DNA of 41,541 nucleotides from Bacteroidales bacterium. GTDB taxonomy: Bacteria > Bacteroidota > Bacteroidia > Bacteroidales > JAFGXI01. The stretch lies in contig DAOVTE010000002.1 of assembly GCA_030627705.1 (NCBI GenBank), positions 1-41,541 on the forward strand, read 5' to 3'. The position numbers and the translations under genes were made by a program. Under the pieces are notes generated by a model. That model saw nothing but the letters and a program-made list of their open reading frames with translations, did no database searches and was not told the origin of the DNA. Numbering within the stretch: position 1 is the stretch's first letter; the number at the start of each line of letters is the position of its first letter. Below are positions 28,760 to 38,490 of this stretch, piece after piece.

Positions 28760-31700
28760 TTAGTGCTTAATTACAATTTTTTTAGTAAATGTAGTTTCAT
28801 TAACGGTTAATTTACAGTAATATACACCTGAATTAAATTCTGATAAATTAAGGTTAATAGTATTGTTGTTTACTTTAATGCTCTTTATTTCTTCTCCCAA
28901 AGAATTATAAATAGATAGATTAAAACTTGAATTATCTCCGTTTAGGTTTATTTCTGTATAATCGTTTGCAGGGTTCGGATAAATTGTGAAGTTTAATGAA
29001 TTATCAATTACATTATCTCTAGTTATTAATATATTATCTGCAGGAGGAAAAACAATAAAATCAACCCAAGCTGCATCGTCACCATTAGATACGCTCATAT
29101 CTTTAGTATAAGACCATAAAAGATTATGATTACCTGATGTAATTGCATACGCTTCTCTTGAATACGAAGAGTTTAAACCACTCCATTGACCTTTTGTTGT
29201 TCCATCTACAACGAATTCTAAATAATCGTACATATTTCCTTCTGAAGAAACCCTTTGAAAGAATGAAATAGAATCATTAGCCAAAACATTAATATCTATT
29301 TGAAGATCAGAGTTTTGATTATCGTTTATATTACCAGAACGTGCTGCATAATTACCTTCGTATGCTTCTGTTCCGCTTATTATATACCAAGGTGTAGAAC
29401 TAGTATTGTTCCATAAATATTTAGTAAAGTTATTGGTCTCCCAATCTTCTACCAACATTCCAACAGCTAATGTAATTGTTTTACTACTTGAGTATGGACT
29501 TGCATCAACATTATAATTAAATATAACTGAGTTGCCTGTAGATATTGCTGCATCAACAGTAATTTCGAACTGTGCCATTTCTATGCTATCTACCATAATA
29601 ATATTTAACATTTGTGAGCTTTGAGTGATGCTTATATATGGATTTGATGAAGATAATGTTCCTGTTGCAAATGGAGAATCTGCATGTCCAATATTTTTTG
29701 TAGGAATATATAATGTTGCTATTTCTCCTGGATCTAATCTATTATTTCCGTTACCATATTGAGTATCATCAATAATTATAGTTTGAATATCTAATATAGG
29801 AGCGTTAAGATTTATAGAGAAATTAATATTCCAAATACTATCATTAATATCTTTAACTATACCGTTGAATGAAACAGAATGTTGATCAACTATATAATTG
29901 TTTACATCGAATGCAAAAGCACCAATTTGTTGAACGCTACCGCTATATGTAATAACCCCCCAAGCATTAAAATTATCAGTAATTACAATATTTGTGTCTG
30001 TAGTAGAAATTAATACAGAATCAATATCTGTTGCTACAGAGCCAATATTTGATAAAGTTACATCTAAGATTATAGATTCGTTGTAGTCTGCAATACCGTT
30101 ATTGTTTCCTGCTGCATCATTAACATTATTCGATGTATAAGAAATATAAGGAACAGAACCAACAATTAATTGTATAGTTCCAAGATATGGAGCTCTATTT
30201 TGTTTAGTTCCAACAATATCAAGAAAAAGAGGTTGATTAATAGCAGTAAAATTAAAATTAACAATACCACTTGTATCAGATAATTGTGCATCTAATAATA
30301 TCGTATCATTTAATGATAAAGCTATATATGCACCTGGCTCTGTTGTTACTGTTAAACTTGAAATTCCAATAGGCATTGCTGTAGCATGGCTAACAGATAG
30401 TGCCTGTGGAACAGAAAAATATGTCATTACAGAAGGGTCACCCATTAAATGATATATTTCCCAATAATAATTAATATAATTTGTGCCTCCTTCTGTTACT
30501 GCAAGGTTTCCTCTGAACATAACTTGACCATTTGTAACATACCATTTAGATTCTGCTTCGCCATGATCGTGAAAAACACCATCGTAAGCACCTAAACTTG
30601 AGGCTGCATAAGTTGGGTTTGCACTTACTGTAGCAACACCTACGCCCCAGTAATAATCTTCGTCCCATAAAGTGCTATTAGAGCCGCCAATATGACCTAT
30701 TGCACCTTTATTATTAGCTCTTAACAAAGCTTCGCCAAAACAAACAGAATTGTTAAATTGATTAGATTGACAACAGTTTCCTATTGATAAAGGATATTTA
30801 TCTTCGTTTTGTAAGTCAGCAACATCTGCTATTGTAAAACTAGGATTTGCCCAACCACTAGGACCACAATGCGCAGTATAATTTACAAACCCTACACCAT
30901 TGCTAATATTTGCTTGTATAGAGTCTGATGCAACTGCATCGTTAGAAAGTATTGGTGAACCAGAACCATACAAATATGTATTGGATATTAATCCGTGACT
31001 AGCATTAAAATAATTATTTGTACCATAATTAATTTGTCCGTTACCATATGTTGGCGCATAACTTCCATCTACACCAGCAACCATTACAACTCTGTTTAAA
31101 AACGAAGGGTCTGGAAATAAGTATTTCTCGTATTCTATAGTTTTATCTATTTGTGGTAGTAATTCTGCAATATTTGTTGCCGAGAATCTACCATAATAAA
31201 GCTCTGGTAAAACATCGCCTCCTCCATCGTATTCGCAATAATATAAATCTGTAATATGTCCACCAGTTGTACCGCTAAATGCAGGAATTTGTGCTATATC
31301 TCCAACAAATAATACAAACGAAGGTGCTGTATTTGTTGGTGTTGCATTATTATAAAGATTTTGCAGATATGCTTTTATTGATGTAGTACTTGTGCCAACA
31401 GCAGTATCATTTGTATATGCTTCTATTACATTAAATCCTTTTTGGGTTTTCCATTTTACAAAAGGTTGTAATGTAGATTCAAACATTGGGTCAGAAACTA
31501 TAACGTAAGTTACTGGTCCATAATTAACTAATGTATCTTTTACTGCTTTGTAATTTGTGGTATTCACAAAAGAAGGAGTAAAATATGGAGAGTAGTACTT
31601 TTGTTTTAATTTATTTGTTTTTACAATATTAGCATCTTTAAAAATAACTTTTATTTCTAGGTTATTATACACACTTATTGTCTTAGTAACTGGGTTATAC

Positions 31701-32239
31701 TGTATTGGGTTCAGTTCCAATCTCCCAATATTTGTTCCACGCATTTTACCAACTTTTATAAGCTCTGCTAGTGGTTTACTTGAGAATCCATTAACCTTAT
31801 AATTATTTCTATTGTAGTAAAATCTAGCGTTTTCAGGATCTTCACTTTTTGAAACCGAAGGTTGTACAGGGATTAATTTGTTGTAAATAAAAAAGTCTGA
31901 TAATTTTATTTCCTCTACATTGTAAGATATAATATCTATACTAATATTTGCGCCTTCTGGTATTTCTACTAATTTTTTTATAGCTAAAACACTAGGGTTC
32001 CCTATTTCTGTATAGTCTTTTGAATAACCATTAATTTGCAATTGAGTAAATACATCAGAATCTGTGATAACATCAAAAAAACTAATGTTTGATATTGAAT
32101 TAATACATTCGAAATTTGTGCTTTCTAATGACGTAACCTTAAAAAAGGTTTCAGCTTGATTAAGGTTTATTATATTCTTTTGAGCATATGTAGATGCTGC
32201 GAATACAAAGATCGATAAAAAAAATAAAATGTTTTTCAT
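28760..32239 (-). CDS. C25 family cysteine peptidase (Lys-gingipain-like) with propeptide, Ig-like repeats and T9SS type A CTD
   Basis: Propeptide PVQPS..PIQYNP; WKTQKG, FVLFVGD, ELYYGRFSA, NYTAH, IGNCC, WDEDYYW, YYWEIYHLMGDPS; IYPNPA CTD. Confidence 0.9.
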   Translation of the reverse strand: MKNILFFLSIFVFAASTYAQKNIINLNQAETFFKVTSLESTNFECINSISNISFFDVITDSDVFTQLQINGYSKDYTEIGNPSVLAIKKLVEIPEGANISIDIISYNVEEIKLSDFFIYNKLIPVQPSVSKSEDPENARFYYNRNNYKVNGFSSKPLAELIKVGKMRGTNIGRLELNPIQYNPVTKTISVYNNLEIKVIFKDANIVKTNKLKQKYYSPYFTPSFVNTTNYKAVKDTLVNYGPVTYVIVSDPMFESTLQPFVKWKTQKGFNVIEAYTNDTAVGTSTTSIKAYLQNLYNNATPTNTAPSFVLFVGDIAQIPAFSGTTGGHITDLYYCEYDGGGDVLPELYYGRFSATNIAELLPQIDKTIEYEKYLFPDPSFLNRVVMVAGVDGSYAPTYGNGQINYGTNNYFNASHGLISNTYLYGSGSPILSNDAVASDSIQANISNGVGFVNYTAHCGPSGWANPSFTIADVADLQNEDKYPLSIGNCCQSNQFNNSVCFGEALLRANNKGAIGHIGGSNSTLWDEDYYWGVGVATVSANPTYAASSLGAYDGVFHDHGEAESKWYVTNGQVMFRGNLAVTEGGTNYINYYWEIYHLMGDPSVMTYFSVPQALSVSHATAMPIGISSLTVTTEPGAYIALSLNDTILLDAQLSDTSGIVNFNFTAINQPLFLDIVGTKQNRAPYLGTIQLIVGSVPYISYTSNNVNDAAGNNNGIADYNESIILDVTLSNIGSVATDIDSVLISTTDTNIVITDNFNAWGVITYSGSVQQIGAFAFDVNNYIVDQHSVSFNGIVKDINDSIWNINFSINLNAPILDIQTIIIDDTQYGNGNNRLDPGEIATLYIPTKNIGHADSPFATGTLSSSNPYISITQSSQMLNIIMVDSIEMAQFEITVDAAISTGNSVIFNYNVDASPYSSSKTITLAVGMLVEDWETNNFTKYLWNNTSSTPWYIISGTEAYEGNYAARSGNINDNQNSDLQIDINVLANDSISFFQRVSSEGNMYDYLEFVVDGTTKGQWSGLNSSYSREAYAITSGNHNLLWSYTKDMSVSNGDDAAWVDFIVFPPADNILITRDNVIDNSLNFTIYPNPANDYTEINLNGDNSSFNLSIYNSLGEEIKSIKVNNNTINLNLSEFNSGVYYCKLTVNETTFTKKIVIKH

Positions 32240-32340
32240 AATAGTATTAGTGTGAAATTTTAGAAGATAAAGTTAAATAAATTTTTTAATATATTTATTA
32301 ATTCTAATTTTAGACTTTAAATTTATACAAAAGTTGCTTT

Positions 32341-32829
32341 ATGATAGACAAAGAATGGGTTGATGAGGTGATATTTAACCTTAACAAAGCTAGAAAAAAA
32401 CAAAATTCTAAAGATGAGAGGCTTTTGCAACTGAATAAAGTATCAAGAATAGTGCATAAAGTTGGATTTTTCTCTGATTCGTGTAAAGAATGTAACTCAT
32501 ATAAAAAACAATTAGAAGATTTTGCAATAGATCCAAAGTCGTATATTACATTTAGCAATAAAATAAAAGAATTTGATGTTTTCATAAACATTGTATCAAA
32601 ACATTTAGAGACTGAACATAAAATTAGACCAATTAGGTACTATACATCATTATATTCATTTTTTGGAATGTTGATTGGCTCTTTAATAGGAGTTTTAATC
32701 AATTATTTAATAAGTGAAGAGAAATTGTTTTCGGGAGCATTAATAGGCTGGGTGGTAGGTCTTGTTATTGGGAGATTAATAGGTGTAAAAAAGGATTATA
32801 ATAATAAAAATAATAATAAACAATACTAA
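32341..32829 (+). CDS. Hypothetical membrane protein with CxxC/HxxxxH motif and two Gly-rich C-terminal TMs
   Basis: SCKEC, KHLETEH, then FGMLIGSLIG and GALIGWVVGLVIG. Confidence 0.7.
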   Translation: MIDKEWVDEVIFNLNKARKKQNSKDERLLQLNKVSRIVHKVGFFSDSCKECNSYKKQLEDFAIDPKSYITFSNKIKEFDVFINIVSKHLETEHKIRPIRYYTSLYSFFGMLIGSLIGVLINYLISEEKLFSGALIGWVVGLVIGRLIGVKKDYNNKNNNKQY

Positions 32830-32839
32830 ATAATTTATA

Positions 32840-34975
32840 ATGAAAAAATATGTAATAGTCGCGTTAGTAGCATCAGTTATTATTTCGTGCAGCCAACAAA
32901 AAGAGAATGTTCAAGAACTTAAATTCGATTATCCAAAAACAGCAAAAGGAGAAGTTTCAGATAATTATTTTGGAATAGAAGTAAGTGATCCATACCGATG
33001 GTTAGAGAACGATACTTCTATCGAAACAAAAAACTGGGTAACCGAGCAAAACAAAGTAACATTTGCTTATTTAAACGAAATCCCATTCAAAGAAAAAATT
33101 AAAAATAGATTAACCGAAATTATTAATTACCCAAAACAATCGGCTCCGTTTAAAAAAGGCGATATGTATTTTTATTACAAAAATACAGGATTACAAAATC
33201 AAAGTTTGCTTTATGCAACCGACGATTACACAAAAGAAGGCACAGTACTTTTAGATCCAAATTCGTTTTCTGATGATGGAACAGTTGCCCTTTCGTCTAT
33301 GGATATTTCTAAAAACGGAAAATATATTGCATACTCAATTTCGCGTGGAGGTTCTGATTGGAAAGAAATTTACGTAAAAAACATTGAGACTGGAGAAATG
33401 GAAGAAGATCACTTAGAATGGGTTAAGTTTTCAGGTATTTCGTGGCACAAAGATGGGTTTTATTATAGCGGTTACGATGCTCCAAAAAAAGGAACAGAGC
33501 TTTCAACTAAGAACGAATTTCATAAATTGTATTTTCATAAATTAGGAACTCCACAAACCGAAGATATTATTGTAATGGAGAATAAAGAGCTGCCTTTACG
33601 CATGTTTTATGGAAGCACTACCGATGATGAGAATTACTTAATAATTTACGAAGAAAACGTTGGTAGTAGAGGCGCTAAAATTTATTACGTAGATTTAAGC
33701 ACAGAAGATAAAAAAGCAATAGCATTAACAGATAATTTCGATTTCGAATATGGAATTCTTGCAAATTACGATAATAAACTTATATTTCAGACAAATATTA
33801 ACGCACCAAAGTCTAAGCTTATAAGTATTGATTTAACAGATATTTCGCAAGAAAATTGGAAAGATATTATTCCCGAATCAGAATATGTAATGAAATCTGT
33901 TTCGTATGTAAACAATAAATTTATTGTTAAATATATGAAGGATGCACATAATATATTGCAAGTATTTTCGCTAGACGGAAAACTTATTAACGATATTAAA
34001 ATGCCAACAATCTGTTCAGTTGGTGGATTCTCAGGAAACAAAGACGAAAAAATTGGATTCTACACAATATCATCGTTTATTTTCCCATCTACAGTTTATA
34101 AATACGATTTCGAAACACAAAAATCAGAAATAATATTTAAACCAGAAGTAGATTTCGACGATACGCAATACGAAACAAAACAAATATTCTTTGCATCTAA
34201 AGATGGAACAAAAATCCCTATGTTTATTGTGCATAAAAAAGAAATTGAGCTAGACGGAAATCATCCAACATTACTTTACGGATACGGAGGCTTTAATGTA
34301 AGTATTACACCAAGTTTTAGTGCATCGCGATTAATTTGGCTAGAAAATAATGGTGTTGTTGCAATTGCTACACTTAGGGGTGGTGGCGAATACGGACAAG
34401 ATTGGCACGAAGCAGGTATGAGATTAAACAAACAAAATGTTTTTGACGATTTTATTGCAGCAGGCGAATATTTAATTTCAGAAAAATACACAGCCTCGTC
34501 TAAATTAACAATACAAGGTGGCTCTAACGGTGGATTATTAGTTGGGGCAGTTACAAACCAACGTCCAGATTTGATGGCAGTTTCTTTACCAGCAGTTGGT
34601 GTAATGGATATGCTTAGATATCAGCACTTTACAATAGGTTGGAATTGGGTTACAGATTATGGATCAAGCGAAGATTCTACACAATTCGATAATTTATTTG
34701 GAATTTCTCCAATTCATAATATTACGGCAGACAAGAACTACCCAGCAGTTTTAGTTACAACAGCCGACCACGACGATAGAGTTGTGCCAGCACATTCGTT
34801 TAAATACATTTCTACATTGCAAGAGCATTACAAAGGCAATAATCCTGTAATGATTCGTATAGGCGTAGATGCAGGACACGGTGCAGGAAAACCAATCTCT
34901 AAAACAATAGAGGAATACGCAGATTTATGGTCGTTTGCTTTTTATAATATGGGAGTTGTGCCTGTTTATGAGTAG
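32840..34975 (+). CDS. Prolyl oligopeptidase (S9A), lipoprotein
   Basis: Lipobox IISC; DPYRWLE, YGYGGF, nucleophile GGSNGG, DHDDRV, AGHG catalytic triad motifs. Confidence 0.96.
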   Translation: MKKYVIVALVASVIISCSQQKENVQELKFDYPKTAKGEVSDNYFGIEVSDPYRWLENDTSIETKNWVTEQNKVTFAYLNEIPFKEKIKNRLTEIINYPKQSAPFKKGDMYFYYKNTGLQNQSLLYATDDYTKEGTVLLDPNSFSDDGTVALSSMDISKNGKYIAYSISRGGSDWKEIYVKNIETGEMEEDHLEWVKFSGISWHKDGFYYSGYDAPKKGTELSTKNEFHKLYFHKLGTPQTEDIIVMENKELPLRMFYGSTTDDENYLIIYEENVGSRGAKIYYVDLSTEDKKAIALTDNFDFEYGILANYDNKLIFQTNINAPKSKLISIDLTDISQENWKDIIPESEYVMKSVSYVNNKFIVKYMKDAHNILQVFSLDGKLINDIKMPTICSVGGFSGNKDEKIGFYTISSFIFPSTVYKYDFETQKSEIIFKPEVDFDDTQYETKQIFFASKDGTKIPMFIVHKKEIELDGNHPTLLYGYGGFNVSITPSFSASRLIWLENNGVVAIATLRGGGEYGQDWHEAGMRLNKQNVFDDFIAAGEYLISEKYTASSKLTIQGGSNGGLLVGAVTNQRPDLMAVSLPAVGVMDMLRYQHFTIGWNWVTDYGSSEDSTQFDNLFGISPIHNITADKNYPAVLVTTADHDDRVVPAHSFKYISTLQEHYKGNNPVMIRIGVDAGHGAGKPISKTIEEYADLWSFAFYNMGVVPVYE

Positions 34976-35002
34976 GGTGAATTAAAAGAATATACATACA
35001 AA

Positions 35003-35035
35003 AAGCCCTTCAAAGTTTATAACCTTGAAGGGCTT
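35003..35035. terminator. Stem-loop after the prolyl oligopeptidase gene (probable terminator)
   Basis: AAGCCCTTCAA...TTGAAGGGCTT, 11-bp stem; A-run on the left gives a minus-strand U-tract. Confidence 0.7.
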
Positions 35036-35154
35036 GATTAAATTTTAATTATTAATGTTTGAGAAAAATAATCTGCTGCGCGATTGTAATAAAATCACAC
35101 GAAGAAATTCTTGCGGTAGCAGGGGTTTGCACAGATTATAAAATGCTAAATGAT

Positions 35155-35181
35155 AAAAAAGTGTAGATGCAATCTACACTT
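35155..35181 (-). terminator. Intrinsic terminator ending the minus-strand run
   Basis: AAGTGTAGAT-gca-ATCTACACTT perfect 10-bp stem with an A-run at 35155-35160 (U-tract on minus). Confidence 0.78.
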
Positions 35182-35217
35182 AGTTTTGTTATTTTATTCT
35201 TCGCTTATTGGGGGTAA

Positions 35218-36165
35218 TTAAACGTTGCCTTTAAACATAACTCCAATCTTTACAGAAAAATAAATTCCTGCTCCATCTTTGTACTTTGGCACAGGAAGAA
35301 CCCCTGTTTCTAATCCGAAATAATTAACAAGAAATTTATTTTTAGAGTTATTCGTTCTTGTTTCCCAACCAACACGCCAACCAAGTTTATATGGAAATAA
35401 ATATAGATTTTCGTAAACGTGACTATTATTAGGTTCTACAATATATTTTTCGTTACTAGAAAGTTTTAACAGAATATCGAAATACCAATTTGAATTTTTT
35501 GTATAATTATATTTACCGTAGGGAGCATAAGCAAAAGAAGTTTTACTTATCCCTATCATTAAATTATTTGCAGAATAAGATGTAATAGTAAAATTATTGG
35601 GAGTATTAATATAATAAAAATTACGTAATACATTCTCTTGATCGTGAAAAATACCTAATCTAGCACCTAACTTATTTGTTTTTTGAGTTGTGTTTTTTTT
35701 ATAAACCTGAGCTAAATTACCAAACCACATAACCATTTCTCCCGTAAAGTGTATATACTTTTGATTAGACTTATAATCAAAAAAGTAGTAAGTGCCAAAA
35801 ATCTCTGTTTGATTAAATTTTCTATAAGCATCAGGATGTTTTTCCCTATCCTCTAATTCAATATTAGGAAAGAATTCACCTAATTTGTGTGCAAATATAG
35901 ATTTAAATTGAACGGAGAATAAATCATTATTATATACACCATCAAACGAATATGACATAAGCCCATGCATTCTTCCTGCGTTAAATGTCATATATGTACC
36001 ACCAATAAACAGGTTTGGCATCTTTTTGCTTGCTCTTTTTTGTAAAGAAGCATTACTAAATGTATATGAATCTAAATTGTTATTGATAGATGCTTTTCCA
36101 ATTGCCTTCGTATTAAAATTTATAAATAAGAAAACTATAGTAAGATACGTTATAAATTTGTTCAT
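35218..36165 (-). CDS. Hypothetical exported protein, possible outer-membrane beta-barrel
   Basis: Signal peptide; aromatic/Gly alternating strands (LGWRVGWE, YFGLETG, IYFSVKIGVMF). No family recognised. Confidence 0.55.
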   Translation of the reverse strand: MNKFITYLTIVFLFINFNTKAIGKASINNNLDSYTFSNASLQKRASKKMPNLFIGGTYMTFNAGRMHGLMSYSFDGVYNNDLFSVQFKSIFAHKLGEFFPNIELEDREKHPDAYRKFNQTEIFGTYYFFDYKSNQKYIHFTGEMVMWFGNLAQVYKKNTTQKTNKLGARLGIFHDQENVLRNFYYINTPNNFTITSYSANNLMIGISKTSFAYAPYGKYNYTKNSNWYFDILLKLSSNEKYIVEPNNSHVYENLYLFPYKLGWRVGWETRTNNSKNKFLVNYFGLETGVLPVPKYKDGAGIYFSVKIGVMFKGNV

Positions 36166-36186
36166 AATTTTGCTATTAATTTTTAT

Positions 36187-37140
36187 TTAAACTTCAAACC
36201 TAGTATGGGTAATTTGTTGTTGTGCTACTTTAAATTCTAGAATAATATCGTTAATAATATCGCTAGCAGATTTTACATTATCAATTATAGAAGCAATTTG
36301 TCCAATTTCTAGCTCGCCATTTTGCAAATCGCCATCGTACATTCCTAGCTTGGCTCTACCTCTACCCAAAAGTTCTGATAACTGCTCTTTGTCTGCGCCT
36401 TCTATCTCTTTTGTGATAACTTGGTTGCAGAAATCATTTTTAATTAATCTTACAGGAACAAGTTTTTTAAACGCCAAATATGTTCCGCCTTCGGTAGTTT
36501 GGGTAATAGCATTCTTAAAGTTATCGTGCGCCGACGATTCTTTACTAGCAACAAATCTGCTGCCTATTTGAACAGCATCAGCGCCAAGTACCATACTTGC
36601 GAGCATTGCTTTTCCTGTGGCAATTCCACCTGCTGCAATCAGTGGTTTGGTGGTTTGCAATCTAACATCAGGAATTAGTGTAAGAGTTGTTGTTTCTTCT
36701 CTGCCGTTGTGTCCGCCAGCCTCAAAGCCTTCGGCTACAATTGCATCAACATCTGCTTGTTCGGCTTTTATTGCAAATTTAGAATTTGAAACTACATGCG
36801 CCACTTTTATTCCATTGTCTTGTAGAGTTTTTGTCCAAGTCTTAGGATTTCCTGCTGATGTAAAAACAACTTTCACTTTTTCTGCAATAATAATTTTCAT
36901 TATTTCTTCGGTGTGCGGGTATAATAGGGGAACGTTCACCCCAAACGGAAGATTAGTTGCAGCTTTAGTTTTTTTAATTTGCTCTTGCAGAATTTCGGGC
37001 GACATTGAACCTGCGCCGATTAATCCTAATCCGCCAGCATTAGAAACTGCACTTGCTAGTTCCCAACCGCTGCACCAAATCATCCCACCTTGTATAATTG
37101 GATATTTTATTCCGAATAAGTTCGATATTCTACTTGCCAT
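36187..37140 (-). CDS. fabK: Enoyl-ACP reductase II (FabK; nitronate monooxygenase family flavoprotein)
   Basis: PIIQGGMIWCSGWELASAVSNAGGLG, EGFEAGGHNGREETTT, LGRGRAK..GELEIGQ closely resemble Porphyromonas gingivalis FabK as recalled. Confidence 0.8.
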   Translation of the reverse strand: MASRISNLFGIKYPIIQGGMIWCSGWELASAVSNAGGLGLIGAGSMSPEILQEQIKKTKAATNLPFGVNVPLLYPHTEEIMKIIIAEKVKVVFTSAGNPKTWTKTLQDNGIKVAHVVSNSKFAIKAEQADVDAIVAEGFEAGGHNGREETTTLTLIPDVRLQTTKPLIAAGGIATGKAMLASMVLGADAVQIGSRFVASKESSAHDNFKNAITQTTEGGTYLAFKKLVPVRLIKNDFCNQVITKEIEGADKEQLSELLGRGRAKLGMYDGDLQNGELEIGQIASIIDNVKSASDIINDIILEFKVAQQQITHTRFEV

Positions 37141-37172
37141 TTTATTAGTTATAAAGTTATTAAAGTTGAAGG

Positions 37173-37871
37173 TTACAGGTTTAGTTTACGAAAGTCAACT
37201 TGTGCTTTGCTGTAATCTTCGGGTATGCCTATATCTATAAAATAAGTGTCTGATATGTAACCGTAAAAGTTTTTAGATTTAACATATTTCTCCATTATGT
37301 CTTTTTCGAAGGAGAATTTTTCTTTGTTTACAGATTCGAATATTTTTTTGTTTAGAACATAAACACCACCGTTTATAAGTCCTGCTTGTTTATACGATTT
37401 TTCTTCGAAAGATGATATTTTATCTCCGTCTGTTTTTACAGTTCCGTATCTGTCAAAATCGTTTAGAGGCTTTAGCGATAATGTTAATTCCGATTTATAT
37501 AAAATATGAATTTCTTCTAATGCTCGTAAATCTACATTAAAAAATGTATCGCCATTAAGTAAAAAAAAGTCGTTATTGTCAATAAATTGAGTTGCTAATT
37601 TTATTCCTCCGCCAGTTCCTAGAGGCTCTAATTCTATGGCGTATTTTATTTTTATTCCTAGAAATTCGTCTTTAAAGTATTCTTTAATTATTTCATTTTT
37701 GTATCCAACCGAAAGAATAATGTTAGTAATTCCTTGATTTTTAAGATATCTAAAAAGGTAATCTAGAAATGGAATGCTGTTTATTGGAGCCATTGGCTTT
37801 GGAATTTCGGAAATTACATTCTTTAATCTTGTGCCTAATCCGCCAGCCAGAATTATTGCTTGATTAATCAT
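37173..37871 (-). CDS. hddC: D-glycero-alpha-D-manno-heptose 1-phosphate guanylyltransferase-like nucleotidyltransferase
   Basis: ILAGGLGTRL, PKPMAP, EPLGTGGG, LNGDTFF, FIDIGIPEDY; context next to gmhA/hddA; 8-nt overlap with gmhA. Confidence 0.85.
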   Translation of the reverse strand: MINQAIILAGGLGTRLKNVISEIPKPMAPINSIPFLDYLFRYLKNQGITNIILSVGYKNEIIKEYFKDEFLGIKIKYAIELEPLGTGGGIKLATQFIDNNDFFLLNGDTFFNVDLRALEEIHILYKSELTLSLKPLNDFDRYGTVKTDGDKISSFEEKSYKQAGLINGGVYVLNKKIFESVNKEKFSFEKDIMEKYVKSKNFYGYISDTYFIDIGIPEDYSKAQVDFRKLNL

Positions 37872-38436
37872 CGAAAAGAGTTTTTTCTACTATTTCGCAA
37901 ATAATATGACCAATTGTGATGTGCGATTCCTGAATTCTTGGAGTATCTTTAGATGGCACATTTATTAAAACGTCGCAATGGTTTTTCATATTGCCACCAG
38001 TTTCGCCAGTTAAGGCAATTACTTTCATTCCAAGTTTTTTTGCTTCTTCGAAAGCTCGAATTATATTTTTTGAGTTTCCCGATGTTGATATTCCAACTAA
38101 AACGTCTCCTTCTCTACCTGCGCCTTTAATGTATCTTGCATATATTTCGTCGTACGAATAATCGTTTGCAACCGCAGTTAAATAAGATGTATTTACGTGC
38201 AATGCTTCTGCTGCTAAAGAAGGCCTGTCGAAATAGAATCTGCCAGAAAGCTCGGCTGCTAGGTGCTGTGCATCTGCTGCGCTACCACCATTTCCGCAAA
38301 ATAGAACTTTACCTTTGTTTTTATATGTATTTATTATTTCGTTTGCTGATTTAGATATATTGTTAATTAAATCGTCGTCGGAAATTATATCTTGTTTTAC
38401 GTTTATTGATTTCTGTATTATATTTTTTATTGACAT
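37864..38436 (-). CDS. gmhA: Sedoheptulose 7-phosphate isomerase
   Basis: CGNGGSAADAQHLAAEL, ANDY, ISTSGNS, RIQESH. Confidence 0.96.
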   Translation of the reverse strand: MSIKNIIQKSINVKQDIISDDDLINNISKSANEIINTYKNKGKVLFCGNGGSAADAQHLAAELSGRFYFDRPSLAAEALHVNTSYLTAVANDYSYDEIYARYIKGAGREGDVLVGISTSGNSKNIIRAFEEAKKLGMKVIALTGETGGNMKNHCDVLINVPSKDTPRIQESHITIGHIICEIVEKTLFDD

Positions 38437-38490
38437 TTTACTTTAGTTTGAAAGTTAAAAAGTTGAAGATTATAAAGTTTAATTTACAAA

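Noticed and set aside
35068-35150. Second SAM-II-like pattern (TTTGCA-CAGATTAT-AAAAT-GCTAAA) on the plus strand
   Set aside because: No GAUUU loop directly after the putative P1 strand, and no plus-strand gene downstream to regulate. Kept only as a structured/repeat-like island.
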